A stretch of 64,000 bases of DNA from an uncultured delta proteobacterium (GTDB lineage Bacteria; Myxococcota_A; Polyangia; Polyangiales; Houyiibacteriaceae). Below are positions 9,476 through 19,510 of the stretch, one piece after another. The notes below the pieces were generated by a model. That model was not told the DNA's origin. It made no database searches and saw only the letters and a list, made by a program, of their open reading frames with translations. Positions within the stretch are counted from its first letter, which is position 1; each line of letters begins with the position of its first letter. The translations under genes and the position numbers were made by a program. Location of the stretch: positions 544,001-608,000 of the forward strand of contig CAVOVB010000002.1 in assembly GCA_963699755.1 (NCBI GenBank). Direction: 5' to 3'.

Positions 9476-9865
9476 ATGGTTGGGATGAAAAGGCTCGGGT
9501 GCATCTTAGGCGTGATCATCGGCGCAGTGCTGGTGCTGGGCGCCTGCGAAAAGCCTGTTCCGGAGATGGCGTTCGAACGCCTGGATCCGAACTTTGGCGG
9601 TCTGCAGGGCGGGAAGACAGTCAAGGTCTTGGGCGAGAACATTCGATTGGACATCGGCTACGCCGTCTACTTCGGCCAGCTTCGCTCCCCGCAGGTCTCG
9701 ATTCAGAGCGACAAGGCCTTGCTGGCGGTGACACCTCGGCAATGGACACCAGGGATGGTCGACGTGACCGTTCGCGCGGACAACGGCACGGTCTTCGTCA
9801 TCAATGGAGGGTTCGAGTATATCAACCAGAGGGGCAAGCTCTTGGAAGGGCCCGAGGAGCCGTAA
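9476..9865 (+). CDS. IPT/TIG-domain lipoprotein
   Basis: lipobox VLGAC; LDPNFGGLQGGKTVKVLGEN, VYFG, AVTP, GMVDVTV, GFEY. Confidence 0.8.
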   Translation: MVGMKRLGCILGVIIGAVLVLGACEKPVPEMAFERLDPNFGGLQGGKTVKVLGENIRLDIGYAVYFGQLRSPQVSIQSDKALLAVTPRQWTPGMVDVTVRADNGTVFVINGGFEYINQRGKLLEGPEEP

Positions 9866-9868
9866 TCC

Positions 9869-10060
9869 TCAGGGGCCTTCATCTGAGCCAGCGTCCATGC
9901 CCGCGTCTGGCGCCGCGACGCACACGCCTGCGAGGCAGGATAGGCCGGCTTCACATTGTGCAGTCCTGGTACAGGGCTCGTCGAGCTGCTTGGGACCGAT
10001 GTTCGTGCCGCAAGCAACGGCGAGCAGGCAACATGATAGCCAGCACAGTCGGCAAGTCAT
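9869..10060 (-). CDS. small Cys-rich lipoprotein
   Basis: lipobox LAVAC; CTRTAQCEAGLSCLAGVC; DAG repeats typical of myxobacterial lipoproteins; -10-like TATCGT 7 nt upstream. Confidence 0.7.
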   Translation of the reverse strand: MTCRLCWLSCCLLAVACGTNIGPKQLDEPCTRTAQCEAGLSCLAGVCVAAPDAGMDAGSDEGP

Positions 10061-10130
10061 CGAGGCGACGATAGCGCAGCCCGCGATCGGAGACCACGCT
10101 CGTCGTCACAAACGCTGCTAGGCTCCGACC

Positions 10131-11360
10131 GTGGATATCCGGCTGCTGATCCCGGAGCTCTTCGAGAAGCTCAGCCTCATCGCGACCGCAGGCCTTCTGG
10201 GAGTGCTCGTGCCGCCCCTGCGCAACCGCCTTCTCGGCGTAGGCCAGCCAAGAGACATCGCGGTGGTGGTGGTCTTCGGCCTCTTGTTCTCGCTCTGGGG
10301 GTCGACGATGGGCTTCGATTGGTTGGGGCATCATCTCAACCTCCGTGCCATCGGAATCATGATCGCCGGAATTTTGGGAGGCCCCCGTGCGGGGGCCGTC
10401 ACCGGGCTCCTCGGAGGAGGGTTCTACGTGGCGCGCGTCGCGCCGGAGGCGTTCCCGTGGGCACTGATCGCCTCCTTCCTGGACGGCTGGTTGGCAGGCC
10501 GGATGTCGGTGCGTCGTGAGCAGATGTTCGTTGGCTGGCGTGTGCTCGGCTCCGCTGCCGTCGTTCAACTCGCCGGCCTGAGCGTCACGGCGGCTGGCAT
10601 GGCTCTTTCCAGATCGAATCCCATCGAGGCGCTGCCATGTCTGGCCACACAGCTTGCCGGGGTTGCGGTCGGCGTTGCCCTTTTCATCAACGTGGCGCTC
10701 GTGGTGATCACGCGACAGGAGCAGGCCGTGGCGCTGGTGGAAGCGCAGGCGGCCGCCAACGCGCTGTCGCTGACTGCGTTGCGTAGCCGTCTCGAGCCAC
10801 ACTTCCTGTTCAACGCACTCAACACGCTTCGCGCCACCATTCGTCGGGACCCGGAAGAAGCGCGCACTTTGGTTTCGGACCTCGCGGATCTGTACCGCTA
10901 TCTGCTTCACCATCCGCACGACGCGTCGGTCATGAACGAGGTCGAGCATGCATGCGCATACCTCGCAATCGAGAGGGCACGCCTCGGAGGGGAACGGCTT
11001 GCGGTTCAAACCTCGATCGATGAGAGCGTGCGCGACGCTCGGATTCCCGCACTGCTCCTTCAGCCGATCGTCGAGAACGCGGTTAAACACGGAATCACAC
11101 CAAAGCAAGGGCTCGGCAAAATCACCATCCGGGCGTCGGACGCAGGCGAGCGTCTTCGCATCGAAGTCGAAGACGAAGCGGACGGCCCGTATCAGGGACC
11201 ATCGACCAAGGGCTCAGGCCTGGCGCTTCAAACGCTCCGCAAGCGGCTCGACCAGCAATACGATGGGCGAGCCAGTCTGCGGCTTTCTTCATCGGAGCGC
11301 GGTACCCTGGTGACCGTGGAGCTACCAAAAGAATCCGAGAGCGGAGGAGAGTCAATATGA
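10131..11360 (+). CDS. LytS-family sensor histidine kinase (5TM-LYT + His_kinase + HATPase)
   Basis: NLRAIG...GGPRAG membrane domain; LEPHFLFNALNT, YLAIERAR, LLQPIVENAVKHG. Confidence 0.92.
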   Translation: MDIRLLIPELFEKLSLIATAGLLGVLVPPLRNRLLGVGQPRDIAVVVVFGLLFSLWGSTMGFDWLGHHLNLRAIGIMIAGILGGPRAGAVTGLLGGGFYVARVAPEAFPWALIASFLDGWLAGRMSVRREQMFVGWRVLGSAAVVQLAGLSVTAAGMALSRSNPIEALPCLATQLAGVAVGVALFINVALVVITRQEQAVALVEAQAAANALSLTALRSRLEPHFLFNALNTLRATIRRDPEEARTLVSDLADLYRYLLHHPHDASVMNEVEHACAYLAIERARLGGERLAVQTSIDESVRDARIPALLLQPIVENAVKHGITPKQGLGKITIRASDAGERLRIEVEDEADGPYQGPSTKGSGLALQTLRKRLDQQYDGRASLRLSSSERGTLVTVELPKESESGGESI

Positions 11361-12085
11361 ACATTCGTGCCATCGTGGTCGACGATGAGCCCCTCGCCCG
11401 TGACGAGCTTCGATTCATGCTCGGCCAGTGCGAAGGCGTGGAAGTCGTCGGAGAGGCGAGGAATGCAGCCGAAGCGCAGCAGCTCTGCGACCTCGAGCGA
11501 CCCGATCTGGCCTTTCTCGATCTGCGAATGCCAGGGCCTGATGGCGTTGCGCTCGCCGAAACGCTCATGGCCAACCACCCTGATCTCAAAGTGGTGATCG
11601 TATCCGCCCACGACGAAGGCGCGTTGCGAGCGTTCGAGGCCCGTGTTGCCGACTATCTGCTCAAGCCGGTCCGCCTCGAACGATTGCGCCAGGCCGTGGA
11701 GCGAGCTCGGGGCGAGCTGGGAGGAGCCACGGGCGGCCACGAGCGGCTCGAACGAATCGCCGTGCGGCGAAAAGATGCCTACGTGGTGCTCGAGATCGGC
11801 GACGTGGTCTACTTCGAAGTGAAAGACGAGCTCGTATGGGCGGTGACTGAAAAGGACCGATTTGCGATCGATAAGACGCTCGCCAATCTGGAAGAGGAGC
11901 TCGACCCGGAAGCGTTCTTCCGATCGCACCGTGGTTTCATCGTCGGCTACGACAAAATCCGTGCGATCGAGCCGAGCGGCGCCGGCACCTATCAGCTCCT
12001 GCTCGACCACCCGGATGAACCGAGGATCCCTCTCGCGCGGGAGCGCGCCAAAAAGCTCCGGGAGCGGATCCCGTTTTCCGGCTGA
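11357..12085 (+). CDS. LytTR-family response regulator
   Basis: VVDDEPLAR, FLDLRMPG, DYLLKP, FFRSHRGFIV; ATGA overlap with the kinase. Confidence 0.94.
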   Translation: MNIRAIVVDDEPLARDELRFMLGQCEGVEVVGEARNAAEAQQLCDLERPDLAFLDLRMPGPDGVALAETLMANHPDLKVVIVSAHDEGALRAFEARVADYLLKPVRLERLRQAVERARGELGGATGGHERLERIAVRRKDAYVVLEIGDVVYFEVKDELVWAVTEKDRFAIDKTLANLEEELDPEAFFRSHRGFIVGYDKIRAIEPSGAGTYQLLLDHPDEPRIPLARERAKKLRERIPFSG

Positions 12086-12155
12086 GCCCCGCACTCACTC
12101 TCGCGCAGGTGGAAAACACTTAGCGTTTGGGCTCACGGGTGGTAAGTCCCATCTC

Positions 12156-12920
12156 ATGCGCGGGACAGGGTTCACTCAGGTGCTCATGCTGAGCTCGCTT
12201 TGCGCGGCGCTCGCGGTATCGGCTTGTAAGAAGGGTAAGGACAGCGAGAACGCGTCCAACAAACGCGAGCCGCCCCCACCCTCGGGGACGATGAGCCTAC
12301 AGGGCATGTACTCGTACATGGCCGACGCCGGAGTCTTCGTGGACTGCGCCACCCGTGAACGATGGCCCGTGGCTCATGAAGGCGACAATGCCGCGTTGGA
12401 GCGGGCGTACGGTCAGGCCGACATCGCCCCTGGCATGCCTCTACTCGTCACGGTCGAAGGCGGATTGGACCTGCGACCCAAAGTCGACCGCCGCGGCAAA
12501 GAGATGAACCTGATCGTGCAGCGATTCGTGCGCACCTGGCCTCGGGAGACTTGTGGAAGCATGGGACGAGTCACGCTGGAAGACAAGAGATGGGCCCTGC
12601 TGGAGCTCAACGGAAAGACGATCACCGTCACGGTCAACGACAGGGCGCCGTACCTCGAGCTCAACGCGAAGAAGGCGAGCGCGTACGGGTTCGGCGGCTG
12701 CAATCGCTTCTTCGGCTCGTATGTAACTGACGGAAAGTCACTGACGTTCGGCGCGCTGGGTGCGACGCGTATGGCATGCCCAGAAGGAATGGACCAAGAG
12801 CAGGAGCTTTTCACCGTGCTCGGCACCGTCACACGGTATGAGATTCACGGTTCCAAGCTCATGCTTTTCGCCGACCAGAAGCTCGTGGCACGATTCGAGG
12901 CGAGCGCAGCGGTCGAGTGA
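12156..12920 (+). CDS. lipoprotein with NlpE C-terminal-like domain + META (HslJ) domain
   Basis: lipobox VSAC; GMYSYMADAGVFVDCAT..GDNAALERAY; GFGGCNRFFGSY, ATRMAC. Confidence 0.85.
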   Translation: MRGTGFTQVLMLSSLCAALAVSACKKGKDSENASNKREPPPPSGTMSLQGMYSYMADAGVFVDCATRERWPVAHEGDNAALERAYGQADIAPGMPLLVTVEGGLDLRPKVDRRGKEMNLIVQRFVRTWPRETCGSMGRVTLEDKRWALLELNGKTITVTVNDRAPYLELNAKKASAYGFGGCNRFFGSYVTDGKSLTFGALGATRMACPEGMDQEQELFTVLGTVTRYEIHGSKLMLFADQKLVARFEASAAVE

Positions 12921-14491
12921 TCTTCGTCTTCGACGAGTTCGAGCTAGACCCAGCGCGGCGAGAGCTTCGCGTCGACGGCGAACGGCGACAAGTCCAGCCA
13001 CAGGTATTCGACCTGCTGATCTACCTCGTCAAACACCACGAGCGGGTCGTGCCCAAACGCGAGCTCCTCGATGCGCTCTGGCCGGACACCGCCGTGACCG
13101 AGAGCTCGATTCAACGCGCAATCAGCCTGGCTAGAAGCGCACTCGGCGAGCATGGGCCGGAGCTCATTCAAACCTTTCCGCGGCAAGGGTATCGCTTCGT
13201 GGGAAGGCTGCGAACGGACCCGAAGCCATCTCTCGGGTTCGCCTTGCAGCCTCGGTACGCAGCCAGCGGAGGCGTTCACATCGCGTATGCCACCATCGGC
13301 AGCGGAGATCCCGACATCGTCGTGGTGAGCGGTTGGATCATGCCGATGCGAGCGATGTTCAGGCACCCGCGGACACGATCAGCGATGACAGCGCTGGCCT
13401 CAATGGGCAGAGTCATCCAGTTCGACAAACGAGGAACCGGGCTTTCCGACCCGGTTAAGGACCTGCCCAGCCACGAGCAGCGTATGGACGACTTGAGGGT
13501 CGTTCTCGACGCCTGTGGTTCGCAGAAGGCCATCCTCATCGGTTTTTCCGAAGGCGGTGCGCTCGCGATCTTATACGCGGCCACGTACCCCGAACGCGTT
13601 CGAGGCTTGGTCCTCTGCGGCGCATTCGCGCGGATGACGCGTGCACGGGACTACCCCCTCGGTTACGCGCCCGAGGACATGGAGAAGCTCAAGGGGTATA
13701 TCCGCGGCGCCTGGGGCAAAGGCGCCTCCTTGCGTGCGATCGCGCCTAGCGAGCTGAGCGACCCAGAGTTCATCGACTGGCTCGGCTTCGCGGAACAAGA
13801 GGGCGCGAGCCCAGGGAGCGCGCTCGACCTGCTCGAAATGAACCTTCGAATCGACCTGCGTGCCTTGCTTCCGACAATCCGGGTACCGACCGTCGTATTG
13901 CAGGCCCGCGATGATAAAATGATCGATCCGGCCAGTGGTTCCTATCTCGCGGAGCGCATTCCCAATGCGCGCTACCTGGAGGCTCCGGGCGACGATCACA
14001 TCTTCTGCTTTCGCAACCAAGACGAGATGGTCAACGCGCTGCGCTGGGTGCTGACACAGGAACCGCCAGAGCTCGAAGAGGATCGGTTCCTGAGCACCGT
14101 CCTGGTTGCCAAATCGCGCGGAGACATCCACGAAGGCTCTTGGTTGGCAGAGGTTGAGCGGTTCCGCGGCCAGGTGGTCCCCGGCAAACCCCAGGCGCAC
14201 TTCGACCGACCGACTCACGCGATCCACTGTGGGCTTGCCCTCGCTGAACGAGGGGGACTTCGCTTCGGGGTTCACACCGGCGAGGTCGTCCGAAGGGGCA
14301 CCACCGTGAGCGGGGCTGCGTTTGCAGTGGCGGAAGCGATCGCCAGCGAGGCGCCGGAAGGGCAGGTCTGGGCCTCGCGCGTGCTGGTCGACCTCGTGCC
14401 CAGCGGCGACCTCCAGTTCGAAGAAGTCCGAGACCGTCTCTCTGTCGAAGGGCTTGAAATCACATCGTTTTCGGTGCGATCGCAGAGCTAA
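12917..14491 (+). CDS. winged-helix (OmpR/CadC-like) + alpha/beta hydrolase + degenerate class III cyclase-like domain (LipJ-like)
   Basis: FDEFELD..VFDLLIYLV..ELLDALW..IQTFPRQGYRF; FDKRGTGLSD, GFSEGG, DDH; GVHTGEV. Confidence 0.88.
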   Translation: MIFVFDEFELDPARRELRVDGERRQVQPQVFDLLIYLVKHHERVVPKRELLDALWPDTAVTESSIQRAISLARSALGEHGPELIQTFPRQGYRFVGRLRTDPKPSLGFALQPRYAASGGVHIAYATIGSGDPDIVVVSGWIMPMRAMFRHPRTRSAMTALASMGRVIQFDKRGTGLSDPVKDLPSHEQRMDDLRVVLDACGSQKAILIGFSEGGALAILYAATYPERVRGLVLCGAFARMTRARDYPLGYAPEDMEKLKGYIRGAWGKGASLRAIAPSELSDPEFIDWLGFAEQEGASPGSALDLLEMNLRIDLRALLPTIRVPTVVLQARDDKMIDPASGSYLAERIPNARYLEAPGDDHIFCFRNQDEMVNALRWVLTQEPPELEEDRFLSTVLVAKSRGDIHEGSWLAEVERFRGQVVPGKPQAHFDRPTHAIHCGLALAERGGLRFGVHTGEVVRRGTTVSGAAFAVAEAIASEAPEGQVWASRVLVDLVPSGDLQFEEVRDRLSVEGLEITSFSVRSQS

Positions 14492-14560
14492 GCATTCGAT
14501 AAGCTCCCCAGAAGGACCTTCGCGCGCCGCCTCCGTACCTTGGGCACAAGGGAGGCAGTC

Positions 14561-15076
14561 ATGCCGTATTCAAACGCCGCCCAAGCACTCGAGAACGAAA
14601 CCCGCACCCTCGCCGCCCGGGTCGCTAGCCGCTTCTGTGGCCCTCCCGGATCGGCCAATCGAGGCTTTCAGAATCACCCCTTCCCGAACTGCTATGTCTG
14701 CGGAACCCATCGCTGCTGCGGCGATGGAATGTGTCTTTTCGCCGGCGCGGTCGCTGAAGGCGTCGTCGCGAGCTCCTGGGTGCCCACCGCGGACTTCGTC
14801 GACGACAAAGGAGTCGTCACGCCGGAGCTCATCTGCGCCGCCTTGGACTGCCCCGGGGCCTGGGCTCTGATCGACCGCTATGGAATCGAGGGCCCGTTCG
14901 TCCTCGGCCGGATGACGTACCGACTCGAGCAGCCGATCCGCGCGGGCGAGCGCTATGTCGTCATGGGCTGGGCGTTGGATCGCGAGGGACGCAAGTCGCT
15001 CTGCGGTACGGCGATCTACGACGCCGAGGGCGTGGTCTGCGCAGCGGCGCGAGCCACCTGGTTTCAACTTCGCTGA
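14561..15076 (+). CDS. hotdog-fold (thioesterase-like) protein with an apparent internal deletion
   Basis: RFCGPPGSAN joined directly to GFQNHPFPNCYVCG; AALDCPG, GRKSLCGTAIY; GGAGG SD before the ATG. Confidence 0.72.
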   Translation: MPYSNAAQALENETRTLAARVASRFCGPPGSANRGFQNHPFPNCYVCGTHRCCGDGMCLFAGAVAEGVVASSWVPTADFVDDKGVVTPELICAALDCPGAWALIDRYGIEGPFVLGRMTYRLEQPIRAGERYVVMGWALDREGRKSLCGTAIYDAEGVVCAAARATWFQLR

Positions 15077-15149
15077 CAGCGTCAGCGTGAACGTGAGTCT
15101 CGGGCTTGCCGACCTGTCAACCCCCGCCCGGTCGGCTATATCCTGGTCA

Positions 15150-16010
15150 ATGAACATCGGAATCGTATCCATCAACGTGGGCGGCCCCTCCACCGCTGAG
15201 AACATGGTCGAAGTCGTGCAGCATGCGGAGGCAGCTGGGATCGAGTCGGTTTGGACGTTTGAGCACGTCGTCGTACCGATGGACTACGAATCCACTTATC
15301 CCTACGCCCGCTCCGGGAAGATGGGGATCGCGCCCGAGGCTTGGTTTCTCGATCCGTTGATCTCACTTGCCCATGTCGCAGCCGCCACGAGGACGATTCG
15401 ATTGGGGACCGGCGTCAACATCCTCCCCCAGGCCAATCCGCTTCTCTTCGCGAAGCAAACCGCCAGCCTCGATGCGCTCAGCGGTGGACGACTCACCCTA
15501 GGTCTCGGAATCGGCTGGCTTGCCGAGGAGTACGAGGCGATGGGGACGTCGTTCAAGCGGCGAGGCGCGCGCTTTGACGACTATCTCGAGGCGGTGAAGA
15601 AGGTTTGGAGCGGCGAGGTGGTTGAGCACGAGAGCGAGTTCTTGTCCTGGCACGGCTTCAAGAGCCATCCCACCCCTGCTCAGAAGCCTCACCCGCCGAT
15701 TCTGATCGGAGGAACGTCGACCAACACCCTTCGGCGCGTGGTGAGTGCCGCGGACGGCTGGTACGCGCCGAGCGATTCTCAGCAGGAGCTCAGCGACAAG
15801 ATCACGCTGCTCAAACGAATGGCTGCCGAGGCTGGGCGGCCATTCGATTCGATCGACATTACGACGAACTGGCGAATCGCGAAGAAGCCGGACGCCCTCC
15901 CGGAGCTCGAGGACCTCGGCATCAAGCGCGCCGTGGTCCTGCTCAGCGCCACCGGCGAATCGGACCCGATGAAGGCGGTCGACCTGATCGCCTCGCGGGC
16001 TAGGCTCTAG
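15150..16010 (+). CDS. LLM-class (probably F420-dependent) oxidoreductase
   Basis: AEAAGIESVWTFEHVVVP, DPLISL, RLGTGV, LSGGRLTLGLGIGWLAEEY, PPILIGG. Confidence 0.9.
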   Translation: MNIGIVSINVGGPSTAENMVEVVQHAEAAGIESVWTFEHVVVPMDYESTYPYARSGKMGIAPEAWFLDPLISLAHVAAATRTIRLGTGVNILPQANPLLFAKQTASLDALSGGRLTLGLGIGWLAEEYEAMGTSFKRRGARFDDYLEAVKKVWSGEVVEHESEFLSWHGFKSHPTPAQKPHPPILIGGTSTNTLRRVVSAADGWYAPSDSQQELSDKITLLKRMAAEAGRPFDSIDITTNWRIAKKPDALPELEDLGIKRAVVLLSATGESDPMKAVDLIASRARL

Positions 16011-16040
16011 CCCCCGCATCCGCGGTGTCAGCGCCAGTAG

Positions 16041-16478
16041 CTATAGCTTGGACTGGATCCACTGAAGGAGCTGCGGGAGGTTCATGGCGCCAGGCTGTCG
16101 CGCGACCTCGTGCCCCCCTTTGAAGACGGCAGTGGTTGGAATGCTGTTGATCTGGTAGCGCATCGCCAGAGCTCGATTCTCATCGGTGTTGACCTTAGCC
16201 AGCCGAACCCGAGGCTCCAGCTCGGCCGCCGCCTTCTCGAAGAATGGCGCCATCATTTTACAGGGCCCGCACCAGGGAGCCCAGAAGTCCACGACGAGCG
16301 GGATTTCGCTGCGGGTCAGCTGCCGATCGAAGGTCTGGTCGGTCAGCGAAATCGGCTTCCCGGCGAAAAACGGCTGCTTGCACTTCCCACAGCGGGGGTC
16401 GTCTCTCAACCGGGCGGTCGGGATTCGATTGATGGACTGGCAACTGGAGCAGACGAGGATCTCGGAGGGCTTGCTCAT
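16041..16478 (-). CDS. trxC: thioredoxin 2 (Zn-finger thioredoxin)
   Basis: CSSCQSINRI..CGKC zinc site; DFWAPWCGPC. Confidence 0.93.
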   Translation of the reverse strand: MSKPSEILVCSSCQSINRIPTARLRDDPRCGKCKQPFFAGKPISLTDQTFDRQLTRSEIPLVVDFWAPWCGPCKMMAPFFEKAAAELEPRVRLAKVNTDENRALAMRYQINSIPTTAVFKGGHEVARQPGAMNLPQLLQWIQSKL

Positions 16479-16625
16479 CGATGCCAAGCTAAGTCCGAAA
16501 TCGGAGAAGGCTAGTTAGTATCATTTGAGATTCACCCCTCCTCCAAAGAACAGGCTTGCGTAGGCCACGGCGCTTCGCCGGCTCCCCGACCTACCCCTCG
16601 ATGGGGAGCACCGATTGGACTGTGC

Positions 16626-16654
16626 TTGACGCCCAGCAGACCCCGGCCCATATT
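16626..16654 (+). promoter_or_regulatory. candidate sigma70 promoter of rpsO-pnp-dut
   Basis: TTGACG, 17 nt, CATATT, followed by GC-rich CCGCCCC. Confidence 0.45.
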
Positions 16655-16712
16655 CCGCCCCCTTTGAAACAGAGAAGACCCCATTTTTCATGAGAATTAG
16701 CGCGAGTAACGC

Positions 16713-16982
16713 ATGGCACTGACCGCCGATAGAAAGTCCGAGCTGATCGGTCAATTCCGCAACCACGACACCGATACGGGTTCGCCCGAAGTCCAGATCG
16801 CCATTTTGAGTGAGCGGATCACCTACCTGACCGATCACTTCAAGACGCATGAGAAGGATCACCACTCCCGCCGAGGCCTGCTGAAGCTCGTCAGCCAGCG
16901 ACGCCGGCTCCTCGACTACGTGCGCTCACAGGACGTGGAGCGATACCGCAAGATCATTTCAGAGCTTGGCATTCGGAAGTAA
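16713..16982 (+). CDS. rpsO: 30S ribosomal protein S15
   Basis: [27 protein letters not shown]. Confidence 0.98.
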   Translation: MALTADRKSELIGQFRNHDTDTGSPEVQIAILSERITYLTDHFKTHEKDHHSRRGLLKLVSQRRRLLDYVRSQDVERYRKIISELGIRK

Positions 16983-17161
16983 GCTGAGCGCCCGGGGCGT
17001 TGTCCCGGTAGAACCTTGGTGGCTTTGCGTCGGGTTCGGAGTTCGCTCTTCGCTTCGATGGTTTGAGACCCGCTCAAACCCTGGAATCGGGGACCGAGAC
17101 CGCTCTCGATGTGAACGCGGACCACATGCGCGGTTGCGCCGCGCGGAAGGCGAAGAGAGCG

Positions 17162-19510
17162 ATGATAATCAGAGAATCCGCGAAGATTGGTGACAAAGAG
17201 ATCACCATCGAGACGGGCCGTATTGCCAAGCAGGCAGCCGGCTCGGTATTGGTGAGCTGTGGTGAAACCATGGTTCTCGTCACCGTCTGTGGGAACAAAG
17301 AGGCACGGCCGGGGGCGCCATTTTTCCCACTGACCGTCGACTACGTCGAAAAGACCTACGCTGCGGGCAAGATCCCCGGCGGCTTCTTCAAGCGTGAGGC
17401 CAGGCTGCGCGATCACGAGGTGCTCACCTCGCGACTGATCGACCGGCCGATTCGCCCGCTCTTCCCCGAGGGCTACATGAGCGAGACGCAGGTCATCGCG
17501 ACTGTGATGAGCGCAGACGCAAGCAATCAGTCAGATGTCCTCGCGATGGTCGGCGCCTCGGCTGCCATTCACATCAGTCCTCTTCCTTGGGGAGGCCCGA
17601 TCGCAGGCGTTCGCGTCGCACGTGTCGACGGGAAGCTCATCGCGAACCCGACTTTTCAAGAGCAAGAAAACAGCGAGTGTGAGCTGGTCATCGCCGCGTC
17701 CAAGGACGCGATCGTGATGGTCGAAGGCGAAGCCAGCGAAATGAGCGAAGAGGACCTGATCGCGGCCATCCAGTTTGGTCACGAGTCGGTGCAGGGGGTC
17801 CTCGAGCTGATCGAGAAGATCCGCGACGCCGTTGGCGCCGAGAAGTGGCCCTTCACGCCGCCCCAGCGCGACCCGAAGATCGACGCGCGCGTCAAAGACG
17901 TCGGCCTCCAAAAGGTCATCGAGGCCTGCAACATCGCGGAGAAGCACCCGCGCTACGACCGCTTCGGCGAAATCAAGAAGGAGCTCGTGGCTGAGCTCTC
18001 GGCGGAGTTCCCCGACCATGAAGGCGACATCAAGGACGCCTATGAAGAACTCCGCTACGACACGATGCGTGCACAGGTGCTAGACGACAAGCGCCGCGTC
18101 GACGGTCGTGATTACAAGACGGTCCGGCCGATCGCGATCGAGGTAGGTCTCCTTCCACGGGTGCACGGTTCGTCCTTGTTCACGCGCGGAGAGACACAGG
18201 GCATCGTCACGGCGACGCTCGGCACCCGTCAGGACGAGCAGAAGATTGACGGCCTCACCGAGGAGTACTGGAAGCCGTTCCTCCTTCATTACAACTTCCC
18301 CCCCTACTCCGTCGGTGAGACGAAGTTCCTCCGGGGCCCGGGCCGTCGGGAGATCGGACACGGAACCCTCGCCGAGCGCGCTCTGACCAAGGTGCTGCCT
18401 TCGCGCGACGACTTCCCGTACACGATGCGAATCGTCTCGGAGATCACCGAGTCGAACGGCTCCTCGTCGATGGCAACCGTTTGCGGGGGAAGCTTGGCGA
18501 TGATGGACGCGGGTATTCCCGTCAGAGCTCCGGTTGCTGGCGTGGCGATGGGTTTGATCATGGAAGGCGGGAAGTACGCCGTCCTGACCGACATCCTCGG
18601 CGACGAGGACCATCTAGGCGACATGGACTTCAAGGTCTGCGGGACCGACAAAGGCATCACCGCCATCCAGATGGACATCAAGATCGGCGGACTTGGCCAA
18701 GAGATCATGCACGAAGCCTTGGAGCAGGCGCGCGAAGGCCGACTCCACATCCTCGAGAAGATGAACGAGGTCCTGGCGACCCCGCGTCCGGAGCTTTCGA
18801 AGTACGCGCCGCGTATCGAGACCCTGAAGGTCAAGCCCGACCAGATCCGCGTCGTCATCGGACCGGGTGGCAAGATGATCAAAGCGATCACGGACCAGAC
18901 CGGCGCCAAGATCGACATCAGCGACGATGGCACGGTGAGTATCTCCTCGCCCGATGGCGAAGCGCTCAAGAAGGCGATCGAGATCATCGAAAGCCTGACG
19001 CTCGAACCGGAAATCGGCGCGAAGTACAAGGGCATCGTCCGACGGGTCGAGAACTACGGCGCGTTCCTCGAGATCGCGCCGGGCAAAGACGGGCTGCTCC
19101 ACATCACCGACATGGACTGGGGCTTCGTCGAGAAGGTGCAGGACGTGATGGACCTCGGTGACGAGGTCGAGGTCATGATCAGCGACATCGATCGCGAAGG
19201 CCGAATTCGGCTATCGCGAAAGGCGCTCCTCGAAAAACCTGAAGGCTACGTCGAGCCGGAGCGCAAGGAACGCCGTGAAGGTGGTGGACGCGGACGCGAT
19301 GGCGACCGAGGCAGAGGACGAGGCGGACGCGATCGGGACCGTGGGGGACGAGGCGGCGCGAGAGCCGGGGGGCGCGACGGCGACCGCGACCGAGGCCGCG
19401 GACGGGATCGGGACCGTGGAAGGGATCGTGACCGGGACCGGGATCGCGACCGCGACCGCGAGAGCAGCAAGCGCGAGGCCGGGGGCAACGACCCTGAGCG
19501 AAAAGACTGA
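17162..19510 (+). CDS. pnp: polyribonucleotide nucleotidyltransferase (PNPase)
   Basis: [56 protein letters not shown] and S1 domains; follows rpsO. Confidence 0.98.
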   Translation: MIIRESAKIGDKEITIETGRIAKQAAGSVLVSCGETMVLVTVCGNKEARPGAPFFPLTVDYVEKTYAAGKIPGGFFKREARLRDHEVLTSRLIDRPIRPLFPEGYMSETQVIATVMSADASNQSDVLAMVGASAAIHISPLPWGGPIAGVRVARVDGKLIANPTFQEQENSECELVIAASKDAIVMVEGEASEMSEEDLIAAIQFGHESVQGVLELIEKIRDAVGAEKWPFTPPQRDPKIDARVKDVGLQKVIEACNIAEKHPRYDRFGEIKKELVAELSAEFPDHEGDIKDAYEELRYDTMRAQVLDDKRRVDGRDYKTVRPIAIEVGLLPRVHGSSLFTRGETQGIVTATLGTRQDEQKIDGLTEEYWKPFLLHYNFPPYSVGETKFLRGPGRREIGHGTLAERALTKVLPSRDDFPYTMRIVSEITESNGSSSMATVCGGSLAMMDAGIPVRAPVAGVAMGLIMEGGKYAVLTDILGDEDHLGDMDFKVCGTDKGITAIQMDIKIGGLGQEIMHEALEQAREGRLHILEKMNEVLATPRPELSKYAPRIETLKVKPDQIRVVIGPGGKMIKAITDQTGAKIDISDDGTVSISSPDGEALKKAIEIIESLTLEPEIGAKYKGIVRRVENYGAFLEIAPGKDGLLHITDMDWGFVEKVQDVMDLGDEVEVMISDIDREGRIRLSRKALLEKPEGYVEPERKERREGGGRGRDGDRGRGRGGRDRDRGGRGGARAGGRDGDRDRGRGRDRDRGRDRDRDRDRDRDRESSKREAGGNDPERKD

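Noticed and set aside
12086..12155. GGTGGAAA/GGTGGTAA direct repeat as a LytTR site
   Set aside because: Period of about 30 nt does not fit the usual 21-22 nt LytTR spacing; short and likely chance
16492..16620. Strong GGAGGAGG on the minus strand upstream of trxC and a GCTCCCC/GGGGAGC inverted repeat
   Set aside because: Followed only by 4- or 11-codon ORFs at poor spacing; no function supportable
16521..16865. 114-aa minus-strand ORF over rpsO
   Set aside because: Antisense shadow of rpsO
19260..19470. Repeats in pnp or at 53806-53850 as a CRISPR array or mobile element
   Set aside because: Short in-frame coding repeats without spacers; no cas or transposase genes
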